Assembly (NCBI GenBank): GCA_944386175.1 | Contig: CALXAB010000001.1 | Coordinates: 47,645 to 111,644 of the forward strand | Length of the DNA stretch: 64,000 nt | Origin: an uncultured Clostridia bacterium | GTDB taxonomy: Bacteria; Bacillota; Clostridia; TANB77; CAG-508 | Direction: 5' to 3' | Part shown: positions 19,155-27,997 of the stretch, piece after piece | Position numbering within the stretch: position 1 is the first letter of the stretch | Layout: each line of letters starts with the position of its first letter | Position numbers and translations under genes: made by a program | Notes under the pieces: model-generated | What the model saw: the letters and a program-made list of their open reading frames with translations, nothing else | What the model was told of the DNA's origin: nothing | Database searches by the model: none

Positions 19155-19991
19155 TTATATATTATCAGTATTAATTCCTAATTTTTTAAAATTTGCATTA
19201 ATTCTTGTCATGTCTCTATATCTTCCTTCTTTTAGTTCAAATCTGTAATTTTCTTTTTCTATATTTATCTTCTCATCATTCAGTTCTTTTTCTATATTAT
19301 ATGGGAGTTTTATAAATTGAAAAGAAATCTCTGATGTATAATCTTTACTTCCATATTCTCCTTCAATAATTAAATAAAAAGCTTTTGTTGTTTCTAAAAC
19401 ATTGCTATCTTTATTCCTATTTCTAATAACATCAAAAGAATTTCCTACACTTCCAACATTTATTATTGTTTTATTATATATTTTGTCCATATATGGGTGA
19501 TGAATATGCCCATATATTACAACATCTGCAATATTTTGTGATACTGTTTTTTCAGTTGGTAAAAACATTTGATATTTAGTATCTATACTATCAACATTTA
19601 ATATAGCTTTATTATTTACTTTTGGTGTTGCATGAAATACCCTCACTAAACTTCCACTCATATAAAACTCATAACAAAATGGTAGGTTTAATAAGTATTC
19701 TTTATCTTCTTTAGCTAATAATGACTGATTCCATTTAATTCTTTTTTGCTCTTGTTTAGGCATATTTCCTATATTTTCATGACTTTTTGAAAAATGTTCA
19801 TCACAATTTCCTTGTAATACCACATCACAGTTTTCTTTTATCAATTCAACACATTCTTTTGGATGTACTCCTTTGGCTATAATATCACCTAAACATATAA
19901 TCTTATCTACATTTCTTTTTTCTATATCTTTTAAAGTTACCTTTAATGCTTCTAAGTTGCCATGTATATCTGAAATTATTGCTATCCTCAT
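19155..19991 (-). CDS. metallophosphoesterase family protein
   Basis: MRIAIISDIHGN, LGDIIAKG, GNCD and GHIHHP motifs. Confidence 0.75.
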   Translation of the reverse strand: MRIAIISDIHGNLEALKVTLKDIEKRNVDKIICLGDIIAKGVHPKECVELIKENCDVVLQGNCDEHFSKSHENIGNMPKQEQKRIKWNQSLLAKEDKEYLLNLPFCYEFYMSGSLVRVFHATPKVNNKAILNVDSIDTKYQMFLPTEKTVSQNIADVVIYGHIHHPYMDKIYNKTIINVGSVGNSFDVIRNRNKDSNVLETTKAFYLIIEGEYGSKDYTSEISFQFIKLPYNIEKELNDEKINIEKENYRFELKEGRYRDMTRINANFKKLGINTDNI

Positions 19992-20107
19992 ATTTAATTC
20001 GACCTCTTTTCCTTATAACCAATTTATATCACAAAAAGCTAAATTTTCATAGTATTTTACCAATATTTCCAAACATATTTATCCTTAAATTTTAATATAA
20101 TTTTATA

Positions 20108-20345
20108 AGTACACTTAGTGAACTTTTTCTTAAAAATCACTTCTTTTTTGTTCATTTAGTGAACTTTTGCACTCTAAAAAGCGTTTTTTATCCATTCACT
20201 CGGTGAATTTTTGCATCAGATCTGCATAAAATTTTTGTTTTTTTATTAACTCTTGAAGGCTTGCCCTTCAATGTGTATATGCGTTGCGTAATGCACGCTA
20301 TCCTGCCTTTAGTATTCACTTTAGTTCACCTTATCAAAATTAATT
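20108..20345 (-). repeat. partial, orphan copy of the R module (distal half only)
   Basis: Collinear with 51134-51350, 36674-36880 and 43392-43605. Dyads at 20108-20124, 20150-20164 and 20194-20208. Conserved core and hairpin at 20246-20307. No smORF or recombinase adjacent. Confidence 0.85.
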
Positions 20346-20452
20346 TATGTAAATTGTTGAATTATTTCCTTTTTTATGCTATATTAACTGTATCGTTTCA
20401 AAATCTTCTTTATAAAATTTCTACTCAAAATTATTTCAAAGGAGGTGTATTT

Positions 20453-20791
20453 GTGGATTTAAATCTATTGGAACCTATTATTAATAATCTTGATAAAGCA
20501 ATTCATAAGACTAACTTAAAAGACTCTTTTATAGACGAGTTTATTCATGATTTACAAAGAAGTATTTTAAGGCAAAACCTTGATTATGATTATAGTAAAT
20601 TACCTAAAAATACCATATTTGAAGTCGACTATATTGAAAATGGATTTGCTTCTTGTTTAGATACTGCACAAAAACATTCAGAAAAATATTATATTCCAGA
20701 AGAGTTACTTGATGAAACTGCCAAAAATGCAGATTATATTCAACTTGACGGTAACAAATATACTGCTGTTTCTAATCCATATAAAAATTAG
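20453..20791 (+). CDS. hypothetical protein (112 aa)
   Basis: AGGAGG at 20440-20445 and GTG start at 20453. The longer ORF from 20261 would read through the R repeat and is unlikely. Confidence 0.5.
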   Translation: MDLNLLEPIINNLDKAIHKTNLKDSFIDEFIHDLQRSILRQNLDYDYSKLPKNTIFEVDYIENGFASCLDTAQKHSEKYYIPEELLDETAKNADYIQLDGNKYTAVSNPYKN

Positions 20792-21758
20792 TTTCTGCAT
20801 AAAAATAAGAACATATTTGAAACATGCTCTTATAACTTATCTTATTTGCTCCATCTAAATTTAAATCTTTTCTTTTTTCTATTATAATATTATTTCCATC
20901 ACTCTTTAGCCATATAGTTCCATCATCTTTTGTTATAAATATATTATCTTCTTCTATTCCAATATTTTTTAGTCTTTCTAAAACATTTAAGTTTGGATGA
21001 TTATACCCTTCATTATTTCCAGCAGATATGATTGCATAAGTAGACTTTACTATATTTAAAAATTCACTAGATGTAGCATCTTCTGCTCCATGATGTGCAA
21101 CTTTTAATACATCAATTTTTTCTAAACCTTCTATTTTACTGTCTAAGTTATTTGTTAAATCTCCTGTAAATAAATATTTTGTATTTATATATTCAAGTTC
21201 AATTACTATTGATGTATCATTTAATTTATTTTTGTCAGTTGGATCTGAATTATCAACATTTAAACACTTCCACTTTGCTTTTCCTAAACTATATTCGATG
21301 TCTTGCGATTTCTCTATCTGTTGCTTGTTAATATTATTTTCTTTTATATAGTCTTCTAATTCAGTATAAAATCTTTTTCCTTGATATGTACTATATGGCA
21401 TATACAATGTTTTTACATTTATATTTGTTAATACTTCTTGCATCCCACCAATATGGTCTTCATCTATATGTGTTCCAATTAAATAATCTAATTCAACTAT
21501 TCCCTGTTCTTTCAAAAATTTTGATATATATTCTCCATCAGAGCCATTTCCACAATCTATCAACATATTGACATCATTATTCGTGACTAATATACTTTCA
21601 GCTTGTCCTACATTAAAAAAAATTATATTTAATTCTGAACTATCAATTCCAATATTTCCATATTTATTATTTAAGTTCACTTCTATAAATATTAAGAAGA
21701 TTAATACTAGTATAATTAATAATACTGTTAAAATAGATTTTAAGTTTTTCTTATTCAT
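20772..21758 (-). CDS. membrane-anchored MBL-fold hydrolase (ComEC C-terminal lactamase-like domain)
   Basis: N-terminal TM. LIDCGNGSDG, GTHIDEDHIGG and VAHHGA motifs. Confidence 0.7.
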   Translation of the reverse strand: MNKKNLKSILTVLLIILVLIFLIFIEVNLNNKYGNIGIDSSELNIIFFNVGQAESILVTNNDVNMLIDCGNGSDGEYISKFLKEQGIVELDYLIGTHIDEDHIGGMQEVLTNINVKTLYMPYSTYQGKRFYTELEDYIKENNINKQQIEKSQDIEYSLGKAKWKCLNVDNSDPTDKNKLNDTSIVIELEYINTKYLFTGDLTNNLDSKIEGLEKIDVLKVAHHGAEDATSSEFLNIVKSTYAIISAGNNEGYNHPNLNVLERLKNIGIEEDNIFITKDDGTIWLKSDGNNIIIEKRKDLNLDGANKISYKSMFQICSYFYAETNFYMD

Positions 21759-21767
21759 ACTCTCCTC

Positions 21768-22589
21768 CTATACATTTGCAACTTGTAATGTTTCAAAATA
21801 ATCTAGTACACTTTTAACTACCTCTTCTATTGGTAGTTCTAGCCAATTGTTTTTAGCAGTATTTAAACTCTTCAAATAATTTTTGTTATGTAATATTCTA
21901 TTTAATCTTTTAAATATATCCTCTAAGTTATTTTCTTTCATAGTTTCATCACTAAATATAAAAGTATTAAAACATTTTATCAATTTATTCTTATTTAAAT
22001 TTTCATTATTTATTAAATAATAGAAATCAAATATATCTTTGTATCTTGTAGAGATAAAACCAAATTTTAATAATGATTTCAATTTTTCTGAAAAAATTTG
22101 CTCTTTAGAATTTATTAGTAAAGTAACACTTTCTTTGATATTATTTAGATCAAAACAATATTCTTCTTGTTCAATATCAAAATTTTTATGCACTCCTATA
22201 TCTAATTTTGTTTCAATTTTATTATGTCTTTTATCTTTTAATTCAATATATACTCTTTTTCCATTATAATCTTGATGACTTAATTCTTCAATTGGAGCTA
22301 TAATTTTTATTGTTATATCTGATTCTTCATGATTCAACTTATCTATAAAATTTTCTATGGACTCATTTGATAAAGAATACTTTATAAAATCTAAGTCTAA
22401 ATCTCTTGTAGCTCGACGACTATCTTTAGAAATATTATGCATAACTACTCCACCTTTTATAGTTATATTTCTATTTAAAGAACTTTTGGATATTTTGGCT
22501 AGTATAATATCTTGACATACTTTGGCAGATGCATCTAAATGTTCATATCCATCTTTAATATAGTTATCTCTCATTTCTTTTAAATTCAT
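21768..22589 (-). CDS. AbiEii/AbiGii-family nucleotidyltransferase toxin (second locus)
   Basis: ITIKGGVVMHNISKDSRRATRDLDLDF nucleotidyltransferase core. Start overlaps the stop of the upstream antitoxin-like gene. Confidence 0.7.
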   Translation of the reverse strand: MNLKEMRDNYIKDGYEHLDASAKVCQDIILAKISKSSLNRNITIKGGVVMHNISKDSRRATRDLDLDFIKYSLSNESIENFIDKLNHEESDITIKIIAPIEELSHQDYNGKRVYIELKDKRHNKIETKLDIGVHKNFDIEQEEYCFDLNNIKESVTLLINSKEQIFSEKLKSLLKFGFISTRYKDIFDFYYLINNENLNKNKLIKCFNTFIFSDETMKENNLEDIFKRLNRILHNKNYLKSLNTAKNNWLELPIEEVVKSVLDYFETLQVANV

Positions 22590-23140
22590 TAAAACACCTC
22601 TCTTTGTAATGATTCATATATGTGTTCTTCATGTGGGAACATTTCTATATATTCTTCAATTTTACTTATATCTAAGCTATTTATAATTTTTCTGTAATTA
22701 GAAATTATTTCTTTGTAATAGTCAAATGCAAGTTGTTTTTTATTTCTGATTAGTTCTATTAACATTCTTTCCTTATCATATATATTTACTGTTACACCTT
22801 CTATATCAATTTGAGCTTTACCAATTTCAAATAATTTTTCTGAAACAAAGACTTGTACAATTTTATCGTCCTTAATTCTTAATGCATTTCTTTTTGTTGC
22901 TAAGTTTAATTTAGTTGGGATAACATCTGTTAAATTATGAAAATAAAATGCACTATCCATTGTAAAAATTGCATTTTTATACTTTTTTGATAATATTTCT
23001 AAATAATTTACATTTTTTGTATCTGAATATATATTTTTTTCAATTTTATATATTTCTTCTCTTTGAATTGCTTTCCTTATTTGATAGTCTGATTTGTATT
23101 TTTCCTTTATTTCTTTATGATTATATATCATTTTTACCAC
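22589..23140 (-). CDS. AbiEi-like antitoxin (second locus)
   Basis: 183 aa, overlaps the toxin start by 1 nt. Its size and position match an AbiEi_4-type partner. Confidence 0.55.
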   Translation of the reverse strand: MVKMIYNHKEIKEKYKSDYQIRKAIQREEIYKIEKNIYSDTKNVNYLEILSKKYKNAIFTMDSAFYFHNLTDVIPTKLNLATKRNALRIKDDKIVQVFVSEKLFEIGKAQIDIEGVTVNIYDKERMLIELIRNKKQLAFDYYKEIISNYRKIINSLDISKIEEYIEMFPHEEHIYESLQREVF

Positions 23141-23158
23141 CCATATGTATTTTAAACT

Positions 23159-23193
23159 AAAAACTCACACTTGTCAAGTTTGTGTGAGTTTTT
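23159..23193 (-). terminator. terminator of the hydrolase gene; possibly also an operator for abiEi-2
   Basis: AAAAACTCACAC...GTGTGAGTTTTT hairpin with a T-run on the minus strand, 19 nt upstream of the 23140 start. Confidence 0.6.
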
Positions 23194-23203
23194 AGTTTAA
23201 TTT

Positions 23204-23755
23204 TTATAAATAACTTACTATATCTTCAAATGTATCATGTCCACTTTCACTATTGATATGCCCACCATTTGGTATCAGAACTTGTTCTGTAGCAATTTTA
23301 TTTGCAAAATCGTTTTCTACTTCATATTTTACATATGGATCATTGTCTGAGTAGAAACATATAATTTCATTAGCATATTTTTTTACATTTTCTAAATTAT
23401 CAAAATACATTGTTCTATTTACTGTGTCATATTCTTCATTTATTCCTAAATAATTGTTAAATCCACATACAAATATTAATTTTTTAACTTTTACTTTATT
23501 TTGGGCTAAAAATTTGGATATAAATACTGGTGCAATACTATGCCCTATTATTGTTGTGTTTTCGTTTATTAATCCTAAATCTAAGTAATTTTTCAATAAT
23601 TTGCTCCAATTCTCATAATTTTGAAATCCTACTCCAATTGGAAAGTCTGGTACATATACTTGTTTTCCATCATCTTCTATAAAATCATGTAACCAACCAA
23701 ACCAATTTGAGTATGGGCTTCCAAATGATCCATGTATTATAAAATAATTTTCCAT
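23204..23755 (-). CDS. YdeN/RBBP9-type alpha/beta serine hydrolase
   Basis: IIHGSFGSPYSNWFGWL and the nucleophile elbow GHSIAP. 183 aa. Confidence 0.7.
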   Translation of the reverse strand: MENYFIIHGSFGSPYSNWFGWLHDFIEDDGKQVYVPDFPIGVGFQNYENWSKLLKNYLDLGLINENTTIIGHSIAPVFISKFLAQNKVKVKKLIFVCGFNNYLGINEEYDTVNRTMYFDNLENVKKYANEIICFYSDNDPYVKYEVENDFANKIATEQVLIPNGGHINSESGHDTFEDIVSYL

Positions 23756-23768
23756 TTACTTTTCCTCC

Positions 23769-24008
23769 TTAATATGTTGCATCTTGTATTCTATATTCTG
23801 TATAGTCAACAAGTTCAACCAATTCATCTAATATTTTTTCTTTTAATTCGTTGTAATCTTTTTTATTGATGTACGAATCTTCTCTTTCAAACTCATTTTC
23901 TGCTGGGTTTATATTATTAATTTTTATATCATTATTGCATAGCAATTGTTCTACTTCATATAAAATTTCTTCTGCTATTTCTTCACACCATGAATTACTA
24001 ACTAGCAT
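23769..24008 (-). CDS. hypothetical acidic protein (79 aa)
   Basis: ORF only. Overlaps the upstream gene by 11 nt (operon-like). Confidence 0.4.
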   Translation of the reverse strand: MLVSNSWCEEIAEEILYEVEQLLCNNDIKINNINPAENEFEREDSYINKKDYNELKEKILDELVELVDYTEYRIQDATY

Positions 24009-24405
24009 TTTTTAATACCTCCACATCATAACAATATTTTTTTAAAATTTTTAAATCTAGTTCTATTACAGGTAACAAAATTAATTTAACAGCAATTCTT
24101 TTAACTATTTTCTTCATAATACCTAGTTCCAACAAAACACTTATTAAGTTTGTATTTGAATAGCTGTCTATTACAACTTGATTTTCTGGTAAATCTTCTT
24201 CTACATCAACTGTTACATTTGAAATTTGTGATAAGTTTGTATCATCTTCTATATAACCATATATACATAAACTCATTTTTCCTTTTCTGTATTCTCCTTT
24301 ATCAAAAAAACAGTTTTTGTATTTTACGCAATTTGATTCATAGTTAAATGTTTTCAAATAACTCCCTCCTTTTTTATAAATTTTTATTATTGTATTCAAA
24401 AACAA
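23998..24405 (-). CDS. hypothetical protein (about 120-135 aa; two possible TTG starts, each behind GGAGGG)
   Basis: ORF with strong RBS motifs at 24411-24418 and 24363-24370. Confidence 0.45.
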   Translation of the reverse strand: MFLNTIIKIYKKGGSYLKTFNYESNCVKYKNCFFDKGEYRKGKMSLCIYGYIEDDTNLSQISNVTVDVEEDLPENQVVIDSYSNTNLISVLLELGIMKKIVKRIAVKLILLPVIELDLKILKKYCYDVEVLKNAS

Positions 24406-24419
24406 TAAACTACCCTCCT

Positions 24420-24640
24420 TTCTTTTTAAAACAAAAAAATAACAAGTTAGATTTCTCTTTCCTGTTATTTTATCTTGTTATATTTACTTTTAAGCACAAT
24501 TCCCCTATAGCCATGTTAAAACTATAAGAGACATTTTATAAAGTGCCACTTACTTTACCTTTGCTTGTAAGCAAAGGTATGCTGATAAATCAGCTTACCC
24601 TATTACTAGGTGTTACTTCATCAGTAACTATTTTTGAATA
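24420..24640 (-). promoter_or_regulatory. structured 5' leader ending in a terminator-like hairpin (candidate riboregulator, class not recognised)
   Basis: Minus-strand promoter TTGTAC-17-TATAAT at ~24650-24680. Then hairpins GTTAC-TGATGAA-GTAAC, GCTGA-TTTA-TCAGC and ACCTTTGCTT..AAGCAAAGGT, then ATAACAAG...CTTGTTAT plus a T7 run immediately before the RBS. Confidence 0.4.
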
Positions 24641-24765
24641 CACATATATTATAATACATAATTTTTTTTTGTACAATATATACATATAATTTTTTTAATT
24701 GCTTACATATCAACTATTTAAAGTCTTTTTTATATCCACAATATTTTGAAGTAAACTTTTTATAA

Positions 24766-25515
24766 CTATTTCTTAATCAATTTTTTACTATAAAATTCAT
24801 AGTACTTATCATCTATGTTTTGGATCTTTTCTATCAATTTATTATATTTTTTTCTTCTTACTCCTATTTTTAAAGGTTTAACTATTTTCAATTCCTCTTT
24901 ATCCATACCATCAGATTTATAAAATCTCAATATTTCATACCTTATTGTGTCAAATTCACTTTGTGTATATATTTTATTCTTTTCTATTTCTATCCCTAAT
25001 TTTTTTAATATTTTTAATTCTTTACTATTTAACTCATCATATAAACTTATAATTTTTTTATTAGTGTATTCTTCATACCATTCTTCATATTCCATACTTA
25101 TCTCTCCTTTAATTACTTTATCATTTTTAAGTAGTTTCTCTATTTTTCTTATCTCTTCTATTATTATTGTATCATCATAATACGGTTTTTCTATATATCC
25201 TCCTATTTTTAATTTTTCATCTTTTTTAATAATATAATCTTTTTTGTCTGATGAAATAATCAAAAAATATGGTGAATATTGATTTTTACTATATTTTTTA
25301 ATTATGTCTAATCCTGTATATTTATAGTTTTTTCTCATTAAATCTGTAATAACTATGTCTGGTTTTAGAGTATCAATCATTATAACTTCATCATAATCAT
25401 TATTAGCAAGTCCTACTATCTCTATTTCTTCAAATTTACCTAAATATTTAGCAATTTGGTTACATATTGTTGAGTTATCATCTGCAATCAATACTTTTAT
25501 TGTATCATTTTCCAT
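24766..25515 (-). CDS. orphan response regulator (receiver domain) with an uncharacterised C-terminal domain
   Basis: IKVLIADDNSTICNQI...DIVITDLMR receiver signature. No DNA-binding output domain recognised and no adjacent kinase. Confidence 0.6.
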   Translation of the reverse strand: MENDTIKVLIADDNSTICNQIAKYLGKFEEIEIVGLANNDYDEVIMIDTLKPDIVITDLMRKNYKYTGLDIIKKYSKNQYSPYFLIISSDKKDYIIKKDEKLKIGGYIEKPYYDDTIIIEEIRKIEKLLKNDKVIKGEISMEYEEWYEEYTNKKIISLYDELNSKELKILKKLGIEIEKNKIYTQSEFDTIRYEILRFYKSDGMDKEELKIVKPLKIGVRRKKYNKLIEKIQNIDDKYYEFYSKKLIKK

Positions 25516-25555
25516 ACTTTCTCCTTTCTCGTATAAATTTTAATTTAACATTTTT

Positions 25556-25581
25556 ATATAGACCATGAATATGGTCTATAT
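25556..25581. promoter_or_regulatory. perfect palindrome in a divergent promoter region (candidate operator)
   Basis: ATATAGACCAT-GAAT-ATGGTCTATAT, lying between the response-regulator gene and the XRE gene. Confidence 0.45.
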
Positions 25582-25626
25582 TTATGAAAAAAATTGCTAT
25601 ATTATAAAAAGAAAGGATTTACAAAT

Positions 25627-25884
25627 ATGTTATTAAATGATGCAATTAAAATACGAATAGAATATTTTTTAAATAGAAATGGATTATCTTCATTATGGGA
25701 TTTATATAAAGTATCTGGTGTACCTAAATCAACTATTAATTCATTGTTTTCTTCACAGACAAATTCTCTCCCACGTCTTTCAACATTACTGCATTTATGT
25801 GAAGGTTTAAATACAAACTTGAAAGAGTTTTTTAATGATGATATATTTCTTGATGTTGAAGATTATACAGAAGATAAAAAATAG
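25627..25884 (+). CDS. XRE-family HTH protein
   Basis: MLLNDAIKIRIEYFLNRNGLSSLWDLYKVSGVPKSTINSLF has an HTH_3-like layout. Confidence 0.6.
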   Translation: MLLNDAIKIRIEYFLNRNGLSSLWDLYKVSGVPKSTINSLFSSQTNSLPRLSTLLHLCEGLNTNLKEFFNDDIFLDVEDYTEDKK

Positions 25885-26067
25885 TTTTCTGTATTGTCTT
25901 TTTTTTGTAAAATTTCTTTATTTTATATTTTTATAGCACTTTTTATTTTATTCGAATTTTATCATTTTTTTATCAATACTTATATTGTATTTTTGCCATA
26001 ATATCAATATAAGTTTGTTCTGTTTGACTTAAAATTCCTATATTATTGATAAAAAAGGAGATTTTTG

Positions 26068-26424
26068 ATGAAAAAAAATGACAACTTAAAATTTATTGGA
26101 AATAATATTCAACTTGCAAGGCTAAAAAGAGGCTTAACTCAAGAGACTTTAGCAGAAAAGTGTGATGTTTCTACTAATTATATTAGCTCTTTAGAACGTG
26201 GTCTTACTTCTGGTAGTATTCCTCTTATAATAAGCATTTGTAATGTTTTACAAGTTACTCCAAATTATTTATTTAATTATTCATCTAATACTGAAAATTT
26301 TAATGATAATGTTGATATAATTAATCCTGAAATACTTATTTGTTATTCTAAATTAAAGGATGAAAATAAAATATTTGTAAATCAAACAATACGCCATCTA
26401 TATGGTATGCAAAAAAAGAGATAA
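26068..26424 (+). CDS. XRE-family transcriptional regulator
   Basis: IGNNIQLARLKRGLTQETLAEKCDVSTNYISSLERG is a canonical HTH_3 motif. AAGGAG RBS. Confidence 0.8.
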   Translation: MKKNDNLKFIGNNIQLARLKRGLTQETLAEKCDVSTNYISSLERGLTSGSIPLIISICNVLQVTPNYLFNYSSNTENFNDNVDIINPEILICYSKLKDENKIFVNQTIRHLYGMQKKR

Positions 26425-26434
26425 ATAAAATAAA

Positions 26435-26483
26435 GAGGGAGTAGTATATATTTGTTAAATCAACATTTATATCTACTCCCCTT
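26435..26483. terminator. bidirectional hairpin between convergent genes
   Basis: GAGGGAGTAG ... CTACTCCCC enclosing an AT-rich inner stem. Confidence 0.5.
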
Positions 26484-26488
26484 TCAAC

Positions 26489-27163
26489 TTAGTCTTTCGG
26501 GTCTTTAATAACAATTCTAAAAGAGATGTCTGGACTTTCTCTTTCTGGGTCTGCCCATGTTCTGAAAATAGGAGAATGTTTTTCACCTGTGTTAAAGCAT
26601 GAGCCATGTCCTCCCCTAATAATTCTATGATGGTCATACAGTTCAGATTTTTCTGTTGTCCATGTATATGCATTTCCCCAGAAACAATCTAAACGGTTAC
26701 GCATCCAATTAGGATTTGAGCCTGTTTTCTTTAAAATAAATGGATTGGTATAATTCCCAATATCATCATTTCCTTTAATAAAAACTTCCTCAAAAGTTGC
26801 TGCACCTGTTTGTACTAACCACATAGCAATTCGGTTATATTCTTCGTTTCCTATTACAGTTCCATCCATCTTTTTTGCTAATTCCATTGCATCAGGAAAT
26901 TTAATATTTACACATGGATATTTTCCTGCAATTGAATATGGATTTCCTTTGTTGTCTATAGATATCTCATATCTTGAAATCCAAAAACCTCTTACATATA
27001 ACCCATCTGCTGTGTACCCTGATGGAATTCTTAAAAGATGATTTCCATTATCATCTTCTATTACATATCCATCATTAATAGTTCCTTCTTTGAAGTGATA
27101 TTTCTCTAAAACATCTACTTCAATCCGATCACCATCACAATACTCTACAAATCTTTCTCTCAT
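26489..27163 (-). CDS. SUMF1/FGE-family (formylglycine-generating-enzyme-like) protein
   Basis: GFWISRYEIS, RIIRGGHGSCFN and WADPER resemble the FGE-sulfatase domain. Has its own TTGACA-17-TATAAT promoter at 27228-27256. Confidence 0.55.
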   Translation of the reverse strand: MRERFVEYCDGDRIEVDVLEKYHFKEGTINDGYVIEDDNGNHLLRIPSGYTADGLYVRGFWISRYEISIDNKGNPYSIAGKYPCVNIKFPDAMELAKKMDGTVIGNEEYNRIAMWLVQTGAATFEEVFIKGNDDIGNYTNPFILKKTGSNPNWMRNRLDCFWGNAYTWTTEKSELYDHHRIIRGGHGSCFNTGEKHSPIFRTWADPERESPDISFRIVIKDPKD

Positions 27164-27291
27164 GTTAATGACCTCCTATATAAAGACTTGTTAATAAGAT
27201 ACCAATTAGCTTTTGCTAATTGGTATTATTATATATTATGGTATTGATTTTGTCAACATAATTAAATTTTAATCAATTTATACTTTTAAAA

Positions 27292-27975
27292 TTACTTTCC
27301 AAAAATTCTACTTGCTTCTACTTGATTATATAATGCTTCTTCATTATCATAATAGAAAGCCCATTCTTTATCTCCATATGAAAAGTGCCACCACTCACCA
27401 TCATATGGAGCAAATCCTTCTTTCATCATAATTTTTCTTAATAATTTCCTATTATTTTTTGCTTCCTCTGATATATTTTCAGTTTCATAATAGCATTGTA
27501 TAGTACTATAATCTAATATATCTGAACCAAAATCTAATATTTTATTTTCAACATCATCATATATAGCTGCATCAACTGCTCCACCTGTCGGATGTCCTGA
27601 AACAACTGGTACAGCAATTTTCTCATGTATGTATTCATACATCTCTATTTCATCTTCAAATTTATCCTTTACTTCTTCTAGGATTTCATTAAAATATTTC
27701 TCTTGTTTTTTCATATCTCTAAAACCATATACTACTATTATTTTATAATTTTCATTTACTTCTTTTAACTTTTTTGCAACATTTATAAGTTTTTTATAAA
27801 CAGTTTTTCTTACAGCTATTTGATGTCCATATTCCAACATATTTCTTCTTTCTTGATATTTTCCAATCACTAGGTCATCTTCTAATGGAAGTAGTACAAA
27901 TTCTTCTTTGTCTGTTTCTTCATTAAAGTTCTCAATAGTTATCAAATCTTCATATCTTACAAAATTATTTGCCAT
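27292..27975 (-). CDS. VanX/DdpX-like D-Ala-D-Ala dipeptidase (M15 family)
   Basis: Zinc/catalytic motifs SGHPTGGAVD and EWWHFSYGD. Confidence 0.75.
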   Translation of the reverse strand: MANNFVRYEDLITIENFNEETDKEEFVLLPLEDDLVIGKYQERRNMLEYGHQIAVRKTVYKKLINVAKKLKEVNENYKIIVVYGFRDMKKQEKYFNEILEEVKDKFEDEIEMYEYIHEKIAVPVVSGHPTGGAVDAAIYDDVENKILDFGSDILDYSTIQCYYETENISEEAKNNRKLLRKIMMKEGFAPYDGEWWHFSYGDKEWAFYYDNEEALYNQVEASRIFGK

Positions 27976-27997
27976 TTGTATATTTGTCCTTTCTTTC

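Noticed and set aside
20261-20452. N-terminal extension of ORF 20261-20791 (176 aa)
   Set aside because: The extension reads through the conserved non-coding R repeat. A strong AGGAGG plus GTG start at 20453 gives a more plausible 112-aa protein.
26473-26673. 66-aa ORF overlapping the 3' end of the FGE-like gene in another frame
   Set aside because: It is fully nested in a longer ORF with recognisable family motifs. It has no independent start signals.
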